Positions 60,214 to 64,000 of a stretch of DNA of 64,000 nucleotides are shown piece by piece. The notes beneath the pieces are model-generated. The model had not been told where the DNA came from, did not search any database, and was given only the letters and a program-made list of their open reading frames with translations. Each line of letters starts with the position of its first letter. Within the stretch, counting starts at the first letter, position 1. Position numbers and translations under genes: made by a program. Origin of the DNA: Candidatus Marinacidobacterales bacterium (lineage in GTDB: Bacteria; Acidobacteriota; Vicinamibacteria; Marinacidobacterales; SMYC01); NCBI GenBank assembly GCA_965237955.1, contig OZ250169.1, positions 6,560,001 to 6,624,000 on the forward strand, given 5' to 3'.

Positions 60214-61885
60214 GCTCTGCCGAGACGCGGACGCGGCTTCTGTGGCCACTCGTCTCTTTGTTCGCCGTCATTGCCTACGTCTACTCCGTAGATGGACTCT
60301 ATATCCCTCACATCGGGGACGAGGCGCCCTACATCGAGATCGCGCGGCTCACAGCCGAAAGCGGCGAATGGCTTCCGCTCCGCACCGCACCCGGGCTCGA
60401 GAACACGAAACCTCCGGCGCTCTTCTGGCTCGGTATCGTCACCACCCGATGGGCCGAGAGCTTTACGCTGTTTCGTCTACGATTTCCGATCGTAGTGTGC
60501 ACCTTTCTCACCGCGGGCCTTACGTTCGTCGTCGCGCGACGGCTCACGCGCGATCTCGAGTGCGGGTATATCGGCGGACTCACGTTTCTTGGGTTTTACT
60601 CGAGCTTTCAGTACGGCCGGCCGTTTCTGACGAACCTTCCTGAAACACTCTTCGTTTTTCTCGCGTTTGCGCTCGTGCTCGTGAGGGGTAAGCATCGTGG
60701 ACGCTACTGGCTTTGGGTGCTCGTCGGACTCTCGCTGGGTGTCGCGTGTCTCTTCAAATCGTTTGCCCTCGTCGCGCCCGTGGGTGTCGCGCTCACCGGG
60801 TATGCGCTCGTCGCCCAGCGTTTCCAATGGCGTACATTCCTGCGTTTCGATGTTCCCAGGATTCTGGTGGCATCTCTCGTCGCGCTCGCGTGCTTCGCGA
60901 TGTGGCCGGCGCTCGATCCGGAACCGGCCGAGATTCTCCGTCACTTCGTGCTCGAGGAGAACGTGGGAAAGCTCGGGGGCGACGGCTACCTGCGGGGTCT
61001 TTTCACCGGGCCGTACCCGCTGCATCGTTTGTGGTTTGGGCATCTGGCGAATGCCGGCTTGTTCGCGCTCCCACTCGTCTACCTCGTCGTCGTCAGCGTG
61101 CGAGATCGCGCGCGCATGAGCGTCGACGAAAAAAGTCTCTGGATTCTCGTGTTGTCCTTTCTCGTTGTCTACAGCGTCCCTGCCCAGCGACAGGAGAACT
61201 ACCTCCTTCCCTCTGTACCGGCGCTCGCGGTTTTGATGGCGATGCGGTGGCGTCATATTGGTAACCGATGGTTTCGCTTGTTCAATCTCCCAGCCATTGC
61301 CGCGCTCGCGGTTTTGATCCCTCTTCTGGTCGCCATGGGTGACGATGTGTTGCCGCCGGGAAGCTACGCCGCCTGGCAGCTGGCCTTACCCGTGCTCGCG
61401 CTCGCCGGCTGGATCGCCGTGACCGTCCGCCCCTCGATGGCGCGCTACGGCTTCCATGCGCTCGTATTCGTGACGTTTCTTGCCGTATCGGGTGCGATCG
61501 CTCCGTTCGAAAGCTCGGCTGGTCGCTTCGAGCCGGCACGGGTCGAGCACTAAGAGGACGGCGAGTCTTCGTGCCCGAGAGCTTCATCCGTCGGCACGAG
61601 CGCCATCGGTTCCTTCTGCCGGGTGCGCGCATAGAAGGTTATGATCCGCTGGATACGAACGCGGCGACCAAACTTCTGGAGGCCGGCCGCATCGTCGTCG
61701 TGCACCGTGGCCTCGGGGAGACCCGCACCGGACCGTTTCGCGTCATGGCACGGCGCCTCGATTTGACGTCGCGACACACGCGTGAGGAAATATGGCGTAT
61801 CGCCTTTCATCGAGAGCTCGACTTGCTCGTTCGCCAGGAGTTGGTGGTGAGGCGGTTTCGACCCGAGCGTGAGCGACAACCGTGA
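60210..61885 (+). CDS. ArnT-like (GT-C) glycosyltransferase, frameshift at ~61548
   Basis: GDEAPY..IAR..SGEWL, TKPPALFW, LRFP, ACLFKS, YLLPSVPALA; C-terminus continues in another frame (VFVPESF...). Confidence 0.82.
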
Positions 61886-62046
61886 CTGGTCTTTCTGGGC
61901 GCCTGCCTATGGGGCTACCTGCTCGCCGATGCCGACTCATCAGTGACAACCGCTCGACGTCGGGCTCGAAATCACACGCCAAGGGATCGTCGATGACCCC
62001 ACCGGCAATCTTCGAAATTGACACTCGGCCCAAAGGACAATAAGGG

Positions 62047-62209
62047 CTAGTCCCCTGTATCAGAACAAACTAGATAAAGCAGAGCTTGCCGAAACCATTC
62101 TAAGTGCATGAATCTTATGAATCTTATGGGCTGGCGAAAAGCCTAACTTTGTGTAGTAATCAAAGATCCAGGGGACGCTGCTCGGCACGGCAAAGATCCA
62201 GGGGACTAG
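62047..62209 (-). mobile_element. MITE, copy 3 (reverse orientation, duplicated 16-bp end)
   Basis: Reverse complement of copies 1 and 2; CAAAGATCCAGGGGAC occurs twice (62161, 62191). Confidence 0.9.
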
Positions 62210-62220
62210 GAGAATGTTAA

Positions 62221-62322
62221 ATGAAGGTTAACCGAAGGGCTTTCCTCGGAACGCTGGGCACGGCCACCGCGGTCGGCGCCATGTCGCACGAGGCCCGCGC
62301 GGAAGCGCTAGGGCATACATGA
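62221..62322 (+). pseudogene. Remnant of a Tat-exported protein (signal peptide only)
   Basis: MKVNRRAFLGTLGTATAVGAMSHEARAEALGHT*; NRRAFL twin-arginine motif. Confidence 0.55.
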
Positions 62323-62404
62323 TCGAACAGCTTCCGTTCAGCGGAACCCACTTCGGACACCCCAGGCTTTTCAGCGTCCGCGTGCGCCTGTCGTTCCCTA
62401 AGCA

Positions 62405-62920
62405 TCAGGTTTCCACTTGGTGAAGGACGGGCTCACGTTTCGTGAGAACGGCACGCACGAACAAGTAGATGAGACTCAAGAGGCCGAGCGCCAAGCCGAC
62501 GACGACGCCGGCATCGATGATGCCTCGCCATGGTTGTGCGAGTTGGCGGATGGTGACGACGACCAAGACGATCCCAATCACCAGGCTCCGGCTCACGATG
62601 AGGACTTTTCGGGGCGCGTGGAACAGCCCCATACAAAAGGCCGGGGCGAGCAACACCCGTCCCCAGCTCGGGTTCCGCCCAAGATAGAGCGCTCGGTCCA
62701 CGGTTCGCGGCGAGAACTTCCGATGGAAACCAACGAGCCCCTCGGCATACGCGTTCGTCGCAACCCAGGCGACGAGCACGACCCAGTGCCACAGTCCAAG
62801 CTGGCCCGCGCGGATTGGCTCGAGCGCAATCGGCGTGAGCGAGATCAGGGCGCGGGCAACGAGAGCCATGACTCCAGCGATTCCCCAGCTCGCGATGATG
62901 AGTCCTCTCCCGGTGCGCAC
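62405..62920 (-). CDS. Hypothetical membrane protein
   Basis: 4-5 hydrophobic helices; NAYAEG..GFHRKFSPR, PWRGIIDAGVVVGL. Confidence 0.7.
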   Translation of the reverse strand: MRTGRGLIIASWGIAGVMALVARALISLTPIALEPIRAGQLGLWHWVVLVAWVATNAYAEGLVGFHRKFSPRTVDRALYLGRNPSWGRVLLAPAFCMGLFHAPRKVLIVSRSLVIGIVLVVVTIRQLAQPWRGIIDAGVVVGLALGLLSLIYLFVRAVLTKREPVLHQVET

Positions 62921-62975
62921 GCGCAGCTATTCTAGCCGCAATCCGGTGCATTGCGGTGCTCAGGGCTTCTGGTTG

Positions 62976-64000
62976 TCACTCAGCCGCGTTCACGGTCGTT
63001 TCGGCCGTCAACCACGACCAGACGTCGTCGGCCGGCATCGGGCGTGCGTACAGAAAACCTTGCACGAGGTGGCAGCCTTGACGTTTCAGGATTTCGACTT
63101 GGCTATCTTCCTCGACACCTTCTGCCAAGACGTGAAGTCTCAACGCCCGGCCCAACGCAACGATGGCGGAGCAGATGCTGCGATCGTCTTCGTCTTCCGC
63201 GATGTCGCGAATGAAGGCGCGATCAATCTTGAGGGTATCGACGGGGAACGCCTTCAACACCGCGAGCGAGGAGTGACCGGTGCCGAAATCGTCGAGAGCC
63301 ACGAGCGCGCCCAAATCCTTGAGCTCCGTCAGCACCCGACGCGCGTAGTTCTGGTCGTCCATGAGGACGGACTCGGTGAGCTCGAGCTCGAGTGTTTCGG
63401 GTGAAAGGCCAGTTTCGTCGAGGATGTCCGCGACTTTCTGGACGAGCTCACGCTGTCGAAACTGTTTGGCCGACAGGTTGACAGCGACCCGCAGATTGGA
63501 AAGTCCCGCGTATTGCCACGCCCGAGCTTGCGTACACGCCTTGCGGAGGACCCACTCGCCCACGGGAACGATCAGGCCAGTCTCCTCCAAGATCGGGATG
63601 AACTCTGCGGGTGAGCGCATGCCTTCCTCGGGGTCGTTCCAGCGCAGGAGCGCCTCGAGCCCGATCACTTTCCCGTCTTGCATGTCGAGATGAGGTTGGT
63701 AGTGCAGCACGAACTCCTTGCGCTTGAGTGCGCTCCTCAAGCGGTTCCCCATGGCGAGCCGATCGGGGAGGTTCTCGTTCAGCTGCGCGGAGTAGACACG
63801 GTAGTTGCTACCACCGTTGTTCTTGACACCAAGCATCGCAGCGTCGGCGTTTCGTAATAGCGTTTCGCTATCGCTCCCATCCGTGGGGTGAACCGCGATA
63901 CCAACGCTCGCGGTGACGTAGAGATCTTGACCCTTGAAGGCGAACGGCCGCGAAAGAGCGTACATGATGCGCTGGGCAACGATGACGGCGTCCTGCGGAC
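62976..64000 (-). CDS. GGDEF-EAL c-di-GMP phosphodiesterase (5' part outside the window)
   Basis: [50 protein letters not shown]. Confidence 0.95.
   Translation of the reverse strand, partial: PQDAVIVAQRIMYALSRPFAFKGQDLYVTASVGIAVHPTDGSDSETLLRNADAAMLGVKNNGGSNYRVYSAQLNENLPDRLAMGNRLRSALKRKEFVLHYQPHLDMQDGKVIGLEALLRWNDPEEGMRSPAEFIPILEETGLIVPVGEWVLRKACTQARAWQYAGLSNLRVAVNLSAKQFRQRELVQKVADILDETGLSPETLELELTESVLMDDQNYARRVLTELKDLGALVALDDFGTGHSSLAVLKAFPVDTLKIDRAFIRDIAEDEDDRSICSAIVALGRALRLHVLAEGVEEDSQVEILKRQGCHLVQGFLYARPMPADDVWSWLTAETTVNAAE

Overview
GC-rich (TCGA/CGCG-rich) chromosome of a Gram-negative bacterium. Gene content and the style of the Ser/Thr kinases suggest Acidobacteriota (Vicinamibacteria-like); this is an inference. 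The intact core blocks are tRNA-Val/thrS/infC/rpmI/rplT/zapB/zapA/6S RNA/thiL, aroA-aroK, mreBCD-mrdA-rodA-rng, ppiD, lpxD-moeA-moaC and tatA. Accessory genes include a GspE/PilB ATPase, AmmeMemoRadiSam A/B, DegQ, two c-di-GMP enzymes, a MazF-type toxin-antitoxin pair and a MacAB-TolC-like exporter. There is also a putative surface-glycan modification cassette (GT2, B12 radical SAM, carbamoyltransferase, GT-C) flanked by two paralogous secreted Cys-containing proteins. Mobile DNA comprises an IS481-family element, an IS3-family element inserted in a FecR-domain gene, three copies of a ~133-bp MITE (one nested in the IS3), an integrase remnant, and two families of short tandem-repeat palindromes. 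Many accessory genes carry frameshifts, nonsense codons or deletions. No CRISPR array, rRNA or prophage was seen, and no novel system can be proven from sequence alone; candidates are listed under findings.
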